From NCBI GenBank assembly GCA_016789305.1, contig JAEURJ010000023.1, forward strand, positions 732,084 through 796,083: DNA of 64,000 nucleotides. The letters run 5' to 3'. Each line of letters starts with the position of its first letter. Position 1 is the stretch's first letter. The stretch comes from Anaerolineales bacterium (GTDB lineage: Bacteria > Chloroflexota > Anaerolineae > Anaerolineales > Villigracilaceae). Shown one piece after another: positions 53,469 to 61,386 of this stretch. Below the pieces are notes generated by a model. That model ran no database searches and was not told the origin of the DNA. It was given only the letters and a program-made list of their open reading frames with translations. The position numbers and the translations under genes are program-made.

Positions 53469-55865
53469 ATGGACAGCAAGACTTTGAACGTTCTCGAATA
53501 TCCGAAGATCCTGGAGAAGCTTTCCGGGTTCTGTGATTTTTCCGCATCGATGGATTTGGCACGGTCGCTTGAACCCACTGATTCTTTTGAGCTGGCAATT
53601 TCACGCCTCGCTGAGACCACGGAAGCGCGCAAGATTTTAGCCATGCAGGGAATTGGCGTGGGCGCAGCGCACGATATTCGTCCTGCGGCAGACCTCGCCG
53701 CGCGCGGCGGCGTACTCGACCCACATGCATTGCTCGATATTAAGTCCACGTTGATCTCATGCCGCGAATTGAAAAAGGCATTTGAAAAACGCGCGGAGGA
53801 ATATCCGCGATTGTCGCGGCTTGCGAATGATCTGCCGGATACCTTTGGGTTGGTGGATGCCATCACACGCATTCTCTCCGACCGCGGCGAAGTGTTGGAT
53901 TCCGCATCGCCCAAACTTGGCGACATTCGCCGAAGTTTGCGCGTGGCCAATGACCGGTTGATGAGCCGCCTGCAAAAATATGTGACCGATTCCAAAACGG
54001 TTTCCATGTTGCAGGAGCCGATCATCACCCAACGCGATGGAAGGTATGTGATCCCGTTGCGCTCGGAATTCAAAGGAAAGATCAAATCCATTATTCACGA
54101 TCAATCTTCGAGCGGTGCGACTCTGTTTGTGGAGCCGCTGCCCATCGTGGAGGCAAATAATGAAATTCGTGAATTGCAACTGGCCGAGCGCGATGAAGAG
54201 CGACGCATTCTTGCAGAAGTTTCATCTCAAGTTGGTGAACATGCTTCGGAATTAAAGTATGGCGTGGAAAATCTCGCCGTCTTTGACCTTGCGCTGGCAA
54301 AGGCAAAATATGCCGAAGAGCTTCGTGCGAATGAGCCGGTATTGCATGAGTTGAGGGTTGTAAATTCAAAATCACAAGATGTGCGGCCTGCGAACGTTCC
54401 AACCTTGCAACTGATTCATGCCCGCCATCCGTTGATCGACCCGCAGCAAGTGGTGCCGATTGAAGTGGACCCTGCGCCCGGTACGCGCGCCATTGTGATC
54501 ACCGGCCCGAACACGGGCGGCAAGACTGTTTCGTTGAAAACTGTTGGCCTCCTGGTTGTGATGGCGCAAAGCGGATTGCACATCCCCGCGCAAAGCGGTT
54601 CGGAACTTCCCTTCTTTCATTCGATATATGCGGATATCGGGGATGAACAATCCATCGAGCAGTCGCTTTCCACATTCAGTGGACATATCACCAACATCAT
54701 CCGCATTTTGAAAAAGATCGATCATCGTTCGCTGGTGATCTTCGATGAACTCGGCTCCGGCACGGACCCGCAGGAAGGCGCCGCGATTGCGCGCGCGATC
54801 TTGAGCCATTTGCTGGAAAGCGGCGCGATGACTTTGGTTGCCACGCATTACCCCGAATTGAAAACGTTCGCGCATTCGACGGATGGCGTAGTGAATGCTT
54901 CACTGGAATTTGACATCAAAACGCTTCGCCCTACCTACAAGCTGACTCTCGGACTCCCGGGCAGATCCAACGCGTTGTTGATCGCGCAAAAGCTGGGACT
55001 CTCGCAAACCATTATCGAAGCGGCCCGTGCGGAGATTAATCCTCTGGATTTGCGTGCGGATAAATTATTGGATGATATTCGCAAGGAGCGCAACCGAACT
55101 TCGCGCGAGCGGGAGAAATTGGAAAAGGCTAGAACTAAACTGGAAACGCAATCGCGTGATCTGGAAAAGCGTTTGGAGAAAATCGAAGACGAACGCCGCG
55201 AGACATTAGCCAAGGCGCGCGCCGAAGGCGAATTGGAAGTGGCTGTACTCAAACGCAACATCGACTCGTTGAAGAGTCAACTCAAGAAAGCCAATCAACC
55301 GTTGACCGCCATCAAAGCCATTGAAGAGAAAATGGAAAAAATGGAAGAGAAGGTCGAAGCGCCGGTGGAGAGAAAGAGCGACCAGTTTTCAGTGACCAGT
55401 AACCAGTCGATCAAGCTGGGCGAAAAGGTGACTGTCAGCTCGTTGAATGCCGAAGGGGTGGTGACAGCTTTGGGTGAGTCCGATGCGGAAGTACAGATCG
55501 GGACGATCCGTGTGCGGGCGAGGTTATCCGATTTGTTGAAGAAGTCCGGCCAGCCGGTCCTTGAAGAGAAAAAGAAAGTTGCCACACGTGAAGCATCTTC
55601 TGTGAGTTCAAAATCGCCCGGCATGGAAGTGGACCTGCGCGGGTTGATGTCTGAAGATGCGCTCGATAAGATGGAGCGCTATTTGGAACAGGCATATCTT
55701 TCGGGTTTGCCGTTCGTGCGCATCATTCACGGCAAAGGGACCGGCAAGCTGCGGCAGGCTGTGCGCGAAACGCTGCGCGGACATGCGTATGTGAAATCGT
55801 ATGAAGAAGGCGGCAGTACGGAAGGCGGCGAAGGTGTGACCGTGGCGAAGTTGAACGCTACTTAG
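53469..55865 (+). CDS. mutS2: MutS2 (endonuclease / collided-ribosome splitting factor)
   Basis: ITGPNTGGKT, DIGDEQSIEQSLSTFS, DELGSGTDP, and a C-terminal Smr domain IIHGKGTG. Confidence 0.96.
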   Translation: MDSKTLNVLEYPKILEKLSGFCDFSASMDLARSLEPTDSFELAISRLAETTEARKILAMQGIGVGAAHDIRPAADLAARGGVLDPHALLDIKSTLISCRELKKAFEKRAEEYPRLSRLANDLPDTFGLVDAITRILSDRGEVLDSASPKLGDIRRSLRVANDRLMSRLQKYVTDSKTVSMLQEPIITQRDGRYVIPLRSEFKGKIKSIIHDQSSSGATLFVEPLPIVEANNEIRELQLAERDEERRILAEVSSQVGEHASELKYGVENLAVFDLALAKAKYAEELRANEPVLHELRVVNSKSQDVRPANVPTLQLIHARHPLIDPQQVVPIEVDPAPGTRAIVITGPNTGGKTVSLKTVGLLVVMAQSGLHIPAQSGSELPFFHSIYADIGDEQSIEQSLSTFSGHITNIIRILKKIDHRSLVIFDELGSGTDPQEGAAIARAILSHLLESGAMTLVATHYPELKTFAHSTDGVVNASLEFDIKTLRPTYKLTLGLPGRSNALLIAQKLGLSQTIIEAARAEINPLDLRADKLLDDIRKERNRTSREREKLEKARTKLETQSRDLEKRLEKIEDERRETLAKARAEGELEVAVLKRNIDSLKSQLKKANQPLTAIKAIEEKMEKMEEKVEAPVERKSDQFSVTSNQSIKLGEKVTVSSLNAEGVVTALGESDAEVQIGTIRVRARLSDLLKKSGQPVLEEKKKVATREASSVSSKSPGMEVDLRGLMSEDALDKMERYLEQAYLSGLPFVRIIHGKGTGKLRQAVRETLRGHAYVKSYEEGGSTEGGEGVTVAKLNAT

Positions 55866-55968
55866 TACATCCTGAAGCGTGCCTTTCGATTTAGTATGTT
55901 GTGGCGGTTTCAAATTCGTTTATAGAATGCCAGTGACGGGTATAATTTTGAGACCAGAGGAGCCATTT

Positions 55969-56211
55969 ATGTCGATTGACGATGCCATAAAAAAAATGAC
56001 TGACCTGATCAAAGCCGCATGTGGGAGCGCGGAGATCAAATCTGCGAAGATGTCTGACGAAGAAGCGCGGCTTTCGGTGTATGCACCCGTCGGCGACATC
56101 CAGAAGATCAAGGATGCGACCTTCCAGCCCGCGATCGATATGTTGAACAAAGATGGGATGGATGTGCAGGTCTTTGTATATGACAAGGATGCGCCGCCGC
56201 TGAAAGGATGA
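55969..56211 (+). CDS. small hypothetical protein
   Basis: 80 aa after GAGGAG, with TATAAT upstream. Confidence 0.7.
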   Translation: MSIDDAIKKMTDLIKAACGSAEIKSAKMSDEEARLSVYAPVGDIQKIKDATFQPAIDMLNKDGMDVQVFVYDKDAPPLKG

Positions 56212-56250
56212 AAGGTAAAGGATGAAGGATGAAAATCCTTCGTCCTTTTT
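56204..56250. repeat. inverted AAGGATG heptamer element
   Basis: AAGGATG/AAAGGTA/AAGGATG/AAGGATG, then AAAATCC/TTCGTCC/TTTTT. Confidence 0.75.
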
Positions 56251-56253
56251 ATT

Positions 56254-57066
56254 ATGAAAAAGATCGATGGTCTAAGCTCTCGTGAAAATGAAGTTGTGAA
56301 TTTGCTTTTGCTGGGGAGGAGCAACAAGCAGATCGCCCTGTCGCTTGGGGTCTCCGAGCGGACCGTTGAATTTCACTTGAAAAATATTTATATCAAGATG
56401 CGTGTCGGTTCGAGGGTGGAGCTGATTCTTAAGCTAGTGGAATCCACAGTTGTTCCTGAAAACGAAACAGTCGATAATGGCAGCCAGCCCGCTCGAATCC
56501 GAGCGGCACAAGCCTGGAGAAACCTGGTTTCTCTGATCAAGAAAGAGGTTGCCATGACCATGAAAATTTCATTCGAAGACGTGGAAAATTATTTACGAAG
56601 ACATCCGGACATATTCAGCCTGGTGATATTTTTGACCGCCAGCCTGGCGCTTCGATACATTCTCTTTGACATTGGACTGTATTTTGGGGGTTCCTATATT
56701 TTGCTTGAACTCCTGCTTCTTTTTGCGGCCGCCCGTCTTGGCGAGATGTTTAATGGCACTTGGCGATTCCGTCCATTAATGGCGATTCTGGTCGCGGGGA
56801 TGTTGCCGCTTCTGATCGGAGGCTTTGACCAGCTGTATTTGAACACCATCCTGCGATATACAGATTCCATTTCGGTTTCGCTTCCTACTTTGTGCATGAC
56901 CGCCGAATGGTTAAAAGCGGCGGATGGAACTTTGTATCTTTCCACGCAGTCAAGCATCACATCAGATTTTGTCTGGTTCGTAGCGATGGCCGAGATGCTG
57001 ATCGCTTTCTTATTGAGCCGTATGTTTGGAAAACGGCCGGATAAAGAGAATATGGTACCTGCATAA
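56254..57066 (+). CDS. LuxR-type HTH fused to a membrane domain
   Basis: LSSRENEVVNLL..GRSNKQIA..L.VSERTVEFHLKNIY, then about 4 TM segments. Confidence 0.85.
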   Translation: MKKIDGLSSRENEVVNLLLLGRSNKQIALSLGVSERTVEFHLKNIYIKMRVGSRVELILKLVESTVVPENETVDNGSQPARIRAAQAWRNLVSLIKKEVAMTMKISFEDVENYLRRHPDIFSLVIFLTASLALRYILFDIGLYFGGSYILLELLLLFAAARLGEMFNGTWRFRPLMAILVAGMLPLLIGGFDQLYLNTILRYTDSISVSLPTLCMTAEWLKAADGTLYLSTQSSITSDFVWFVAMAEMLIAFLLSRMFGKRPDKENMVPA

Positions 57067-57104
57067 TTACAAAGAGCCTCCTGTTTACAGGAGGCTCTTT
57101 GTAA
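57067..57104. terminator. bidirectional terminator
   Basis: 18-bp perfect stem TTACAAAGAGCCTCCTGT/ACAGGAGGCTCTTTGTAA. Confidence 0.85.
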
Positions 57105-57118
57105 TGTGAGTGTTTTAT

Positions 57119-58096
57119 CTAAAACGTCTTGCCGATGTACTCCGCCATTTCATTCGAAGTCCAATACCCGGTGTGGGCTGTTTTTGGATTGATCGAGGTT
57201 TGGATCTCATGATCTTCGATCAACCCCTTTTCGTTCGAGTATAGAAAATCCACGGGATAGGAGGCGATGTCGTAGCGGCTCCAAAAATTGACCCAGCGCG
57301 GCGTGCCGAGATTATCGCCCATCAACAGGCCGATGTTTTGCGGTGCGAACGTTTCGCCTTTGCGGAATTTATCCACGAGGGCCGTGGCACGCAATGTGAG
57401 CAGGCTGATCGGGGAACCGAAAGTGTACAAATGACGGATGCGCAGCCTGCCCGCCTTGATGATCTTGCGCAGCGCGTCCATTTCATCTTCGACCACGCCC
57501 TTCTCGCTGGTGTGGTCTCTCGTGGAAAACATGTGATACAGCATGTCGTGCGCGATGACACTGCCGGCGGAGTGGGCAAAGATGTTCAACGAAATATGAT
57601 CGTCGCTTTCCTTGTCCATGGCCTGGAGCGCGCGGGAGATGTGATTGAAAACGTGTTTGCGCAAATCCTTCTCTCCGTCGGCGGAGATGTAATAGAACAG
57701 ATCTGCGATGCCGAAGAATAGCAGGTCGCGTACATAGCCGGTCAGGCCGAATGGATTGGAATACGCGCCTCCCATCTTCTCCTTGACCTGCTCCTGGATC
57801 GTGCGCTCGACCTGCGCGAGATACTGGTCCGTGCCGCCGGCGGACGGTGTGGTGGGCACTCCCCAGGTGACGAAGATCGGCTTGCCTGAAAGCTTCTTGT
57901 CCGGGTACTTCCCCAGATTCTCTTTGACGAGCTTGAGAAGCTTTCTGTATTCCGCTTCGCCGCTGGAGGGGAATTTATCCGGCGAGATGCCATGAATGAA
58001 CACCGGGACCTCAACCCATTGCGGTCCCTTTTTGGGTTCCAGTTTTGCACCTCGGCTCATTTTGCCTTCATCGGGGTAGTCATCTTTTTTTGGCAT
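57119..58096 (-). CDS. alpha/beta-hydrolase-fold (lipase-like) protein
   Basis: FIHGI, AHSAG nucleophile elbow, LYTFGSPI, NFWSRYD, AHTGYW. Confidence 0.7.
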   Translation of the reverse strand: MPKKDDYPDEGKMSRGAKLEPKKGPQWVEVPVFIHGISPDKFPSSGEAEYRKLLKLVKENLGKYPDKKLSGKPIFVTWGVPTTPSAGGTDQYLAQVERTIQEQVKEKMGGAYSNPFGLTGYVRDLLFFGIADLFYYISADGEKDLRKHVFNHISRALQAMDKESDDHISLNIFAHSAGSVIAHDMLYHMFSTRDHTSEKGVVEDEMDALRKIIKAGRLRIRHLYTFGSPISLLTLRATALVDKFRKGETFAPQNIGLLMGDNLGTPRWVNFWSRYDIASYPVDFLYSNEKGLIEDHEIQTSINPKTAHTGYWTSNEMAEYIGKTF

Positions 58097-58134
58097 GGTC
58101 TCTCCTTTAGCTAAAACCTCGCGAAAGCGTTTTT

Positions 58135-58202
58135 GCCACTGAGGTCGCAGAGAAAAAGAGTTTTAAGTGCTCTTTCCCGCAAATCTCCGTGTACTCTGTG
58201 GC
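58135..58202. repeat. inverted 9-mer element (GCCACAGAG family)
   Basis: GCCACTGAG/GTCGCAGAG ... CTCCGTGTA/CTCTGTGGC. Confidence 0.7.
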
Positions 58203-58306
58203 TGTTGGCTTTGCAAGAAATCCAATACTAAAAGTATAGGGACTTTCCACGGAAAAGCAATTGTAATTTTTGACCATGCCTTATCCCCCATTTGGTTGAG
58301 TGAAAA

Positions 58307-58759
58307 TTACCCCTGGAGCGGGTACCATTCCCCGGCAAACTTCAAAATGCGCGGACGGATGTAAAAAGCGAACGGGTCGGCCTGCGGACGCTTCTCCTTG
58401 ACCAGTTCCATTGCCGCCTGCGGGGCATATCCCTGCGCGATCAGGATGCACGAGCCCATCGTCACCCCGCGGTGGACCCCTTCGGCGCAGTGGGCGTAGA
58501 CCTTTCCGCCGTTTCGGATCGTTTCGAGCGCCGCCTTCGCTCCATGGTGCAGGGCCTTAATCGGGATTGGCACCAGCGGAGAGTCGAACGTCGGAAGCCA
58601 GAGCAGTTGCAAGGGAGTCGGATGCGGGTCCCGTCGCGGCCAGCGCTCCACCCGCATGTTGATCACCAGCTTCACGCCCAAATCCCGCAGTTGGTTGTAA
58701 TCCTCCCGGGAAGGGGTGGTGCCGATGAAGAGATCGTGGGTGATCGAGGAGAAATTCAT
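58307..58759 (-). CDS. dual-specificity (Cys-based) phosphatase
   Basis: HCAEGVHR (HCxxGxxR) P-loop. Confidence 0.9.
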   Translation of the reverse strand: MNFSSITHDLFIGTTPSREDYNQLRDLGVKLVINMRVERWPRRDPHPTPLQLLWLPTFDSPLVPIPIKALHHGAKAALETIRNGGKVYAHCAEGVHRGVTMGSCILIAQGYAPQAAMELVKEKRPQADPFAFYIRPRILKFAGEWYPLQG

Positions 58760-58858
58760 GCTGAAATGGTATCACAAGACTTAATTGCAAAAAAAGCTGT
58801 ACAATGATTGGAAAATTTACTTGAAGTTATCGTTTATTTCGAGATCGGCAGGTGAGTG

Positions 58859-59758
58859 ATGGAAAACGCTTGGGTTTTATATATTATTGTCTCCATTGTT
58901 TTGATCGTCGTGGCGATGCTCTCGACGGTCATCGGCTATTTCTGGGCGTCTTCTGTCACGAAATCCGCTTTGCTCAAGCAGCTGGAAGACAAGGGCGATG
59001 ATGCCTATAAAAAGGCGCAGGAACAGCTGCAGGAGTGGAAGGAAAAGGAGCTGGCTTCCATTCAAAAACAAATTTACGATGCGGCCAAGGGACGCGCGAT
59101 CCAGGAAATGCAAGAGCAGGTAAAGGGCTGGCAGGAGAACGAGCTCAAGCAGATCCGCCAGCAGATGCTGGGCGGCGTTCAAGGGGAGGCGATCAAGGAA
59201 GCACAGAACCAGCTCGTAAAATGGAGAAATGACGACCTCGAAAATGCCAAGCGCCAGATCTGGGACGTGCTTTCGAAGGAAGCGGCACTGAAGCTCGAAC
59301 AATGGAAGATCGAAACCGAGAAGGAGATCCGCGAGGACGAATTGGAGAAGAATAAATCGGTGACGATGGGGAAACCGACCGAACACATGGTGCCCTATAT
59401 GCCCGGCTTTACCTTTAACCCGGAAGATACCCGCTTCATCGGCGGACCGATTGACCTGCTCGTCTTCGACGGGCTGGGCAATGGCGAAGTACAGAAGATC
59501 GTATTTGTGGAGGTGAAGACTGGGACCTCTGCGTTATCGCCCAAGGAACGGAATATCCGAGATGCGGTGATGGCCGGGAAAGTGGAATGGATGGAGGTCA
59601 AGGCCAGCGTGGAAGCGCCGAGCGTTGTGGTCAAAGTGCCGGAAGCCATCTTGAAGGATAATTTGAAGGACCGACCCAAAAAGAACACCGGGGCGTTGAT
59701 CTTCAACGAACTGCAGATCGACCCACCGCGGCCCTCGCGAAACCAAACGGATCACTAA
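58859..59758 (+). CDS. TM-coiled coil-PD-(D/E)xK nuclease (Holliday-junction-resolvase-like family)
   Basis: N-terminal TM, Trp-periodic helical repeats, EHMVPYMPGF.FNPEDTRFIGGPIDLLVFDG, VFVEVKTG. Confidence 0.8.
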   Translation: MENAWVLYIIVSIVLIVVAMLSTVIGYFWASSVTKSALLKQLEDKGDDAYKKAQEQLQEWKEKELASIQKQIYDAAKGRAIQEMQEQVKGWQENELKQIRQQMLGGVQGEAIKEAQNQLVKWRNDDLENAKRQIWDVLSKEAALKLEQWKIETEKEIREDELEKNKSVTMGKPTEHMVPYMPGFTFNPEDTRFIGGPIDLLVFDGLGNGEVQKIVFVEVKTGTSALSPKERNIRDAVMAGKVEWMEVKASVEAPSVVVKVPEAILKDNLKDRPKKNTGALIFNELQIDPPRPSRNQTDH

Positions 59759-59779
59759 GCAGGATCAACAGAATTTACA

Positions 59780-59810
59780 GCGGACACATCAAGCGATGTG
59801 CCCGCTTTTT
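59780..59810 (+). terminator. intrinsic terminator
   Basis: GCGGACACATC-AAGC-GATGTGCCCGC followed by TTTTT. Confidence 0.7.
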
Positions 59811-59857
59811 GTTGTGGGCCCAAAGCAGGGGAGAGTCGAAGGATGTTCGAACCTTGG

Positions 59858-59907
59858 ATATAGGGATCATATAGGCACCATATAGCCATCATATAGACGT
59901 CATATGG
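59858..59907. repeat. five ATATAG motifs at exact 11-bp period
   Basis: ATATAG starts at 59858, 59869, 59880 and 59891; ATATGG starts at 59902. Confidence 0.8.
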
Positions 59908-59990
59908 CCAGGGCGAGCCATGGCCGAAGGTTGACCGAAGCTTGAATGGAGTTGGGAGGGGGGAAGTGGTTGGAAACGTTGAAATGAAAT

Positions 59991-60020
59991 TGTAGGGGCG
60001 ACTCGCGAGTCGCCCCTACA
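59991..60020. repeat. GTAG-type REP palindrome
   Basis: Perfect 30-nt palindrome TGTAGGGGCGACTCGCGAGTCGCCCCTACA. Confidence 0.9.
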
Positions 60021-60035
60021 TGATTGATAAAGATA

Positions 60036-61034
60036 TTAACCGGCCCAGGTGGGATAAAAAATGCTAAGCAGCACGACAATTGGGATCAGGGAAATATAGG
60101 CAAATATAACGGCGAGAAAATTGATCCCCAACACCATCCACCACGATTCCGTTCTTGCTTGTTTTGTGCTGAGCGCCTGTCCAACCGTTGGCTTCTGGGA
60201 TTCGTTGTACCATAAATAAATAATGATCGGATTGACAAACGTGATTGGAATCACGAACAGCGGGTTGATCGAGGCGAAAAAAATGGCGATGGAAGCGCTG
60301 ATGGCAAGAGAAACCAGGTGCCCGATAAATCCGAAGATCACGCTTGCCAGGGCATGGTCTTTAGCGTGCAGACGGCTGTGATTGATCGCGATCATCACGG
60401 CTCCCGCCAAAAAACCGCCGAACAGTGCGGTGATCGCGGCCTGCCAGATCGAAAAGAAACGCGGCAGATTTTGGTAGGTCTGCGTTGCGTTGAGGTTATC
60501 CATAAAGCGCTGTTTTTGCGTTTCGAATTCCTCCCCGCTGAGGATGCCCTCATCTTTTAATAGCTTCAACTTCCTGAGGCCTTCAACATCATCATCGGGT
60601 CGAGCGGTTTCCGTCCGCTTTTCGGACGGCAGCACCGACAGGCTTAGGAATCTTTGTGTACGCTCTTCGTCTTCCGCGGTCGGCTGATAAAACAGGCGGG
60701 CGATCCATGAAGCGATCCATGTGATGATGTAGGCCGCGAGAGGTGCTCCCAGCAATATCACTGAAATGGGAAGAGCGATCCACCACTTTTGGCGCAGAAC
60801 GGCGGTCAAGATAAGGGAAGACAGGCTGACGATCACCGCCAGGATGAACGGGAGGACAAACACGCCAAAAAGATCCATGGAGAGCTGGCTCGGGTCCTGG
60901 AATATCGGTCCCCCGGTGGTCAGAACGATGAGCATCATCAGTGCCCAGCATGAAATCACCATGCCGCTAATGGAAAGGAAAAGAAGGAATATGAAGTTTC
61001 TTCTTGGGAAAAAATGATTGCTTGATGTAGACAT
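60036..61034 (-). CDS. membrane protein with internal SHOCT-like helix
   Basis: TM block, EGLRKLKLLKDEGILSGEEFETQKQR, then a second TM block; GGAG RBS. Confidence 0.75.
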   Translation of the reverse strand: MSTSSNHFFPRRNFIFLLFLSISGMVISCWALMMLIVLTTGGPIFQDPSQLSMDLFGVFVLPFILAVIVSLSSLILTAVLRQKWWIALPISVILLGAPLAAYIITWIASWIARLFYQPTAEDEERTQRFLSLSVLPSEKRTETARPDDDVEGLRKLKLLKDEGILSGEEFETQKQRFMDNLNATQTYQNLPRFFSIWQAAITALFGGFLAGAVMIAINHSRLHAKDHALASVIFGFIGHLVSLAISASIAIFFASINPLFVIPITFVNPIIIYLWYNESQKPTVGQALSTKQARTESWWMVLGINFLAVIFAYISLIPIVVLLSIFYPTWAG

Positions 61035-61152
61035 CCGCCGCTCCTGCCTTGTTCTTGTGATTGCTTGAATATATTATAAACATTGTGTCTGCTTTTTGGT
61101 TGATCTTCTCTATGTTTTACTACAAGGTCGCATATGAGGAAGCTGAGAGAAT

Positions 61153-61220
61153 GTTGGAACGTTTGAAGGTTTGAAAGTGGGAAGTAACCTCCGCAAGTTG
61201 AGGTGCAAGCGGTCGAAACC
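61153..61220. repeat. GTTGGAAC-type 8-mer array plus TTGAG...GTCGAAACC REP-like motif
   Basis: GTTGGAAC/GTTTGAAG/GTTTGAAA/GTGGGAAG, then AGTTGAGGTGCAAGCGGTCGAAACC. Confidence 0.55.
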
Positions 61221-61386
61221 AGCAGTGAAAAGTAAATATAAGATTCAATGATGTGGTCTCTCTCTACGAGGACTTCGCGATATGCCTCGTGAAGAACACG
61301 CAAGGCTGCTCAACCACCGTCAACAATTTTCTTTCATCTTTCTTCTTTTTCTCCCCTCCGTAGCTAAAATCTGCTACACTCCGCAC

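Noticed and set aside
52658-54091. 477-aa ORF as a single protein
   Set aside because: The N-terminal half is the antisense shadow of mutS2; the SDR motifs begin at 53431.
59858-59907. CRISPR array (also considered for the 7- and 8-mer arrays)
   Set aside because: Units are 7-11 nt with no 25-40 nt unique spacers, and there are no cas genes.
60956-61303. 115-aa minus-strand ORF as a real gene
   Set aside because: It runs through repeat arrays, overlaps the next gene, and has no recognisable motif or RBS.
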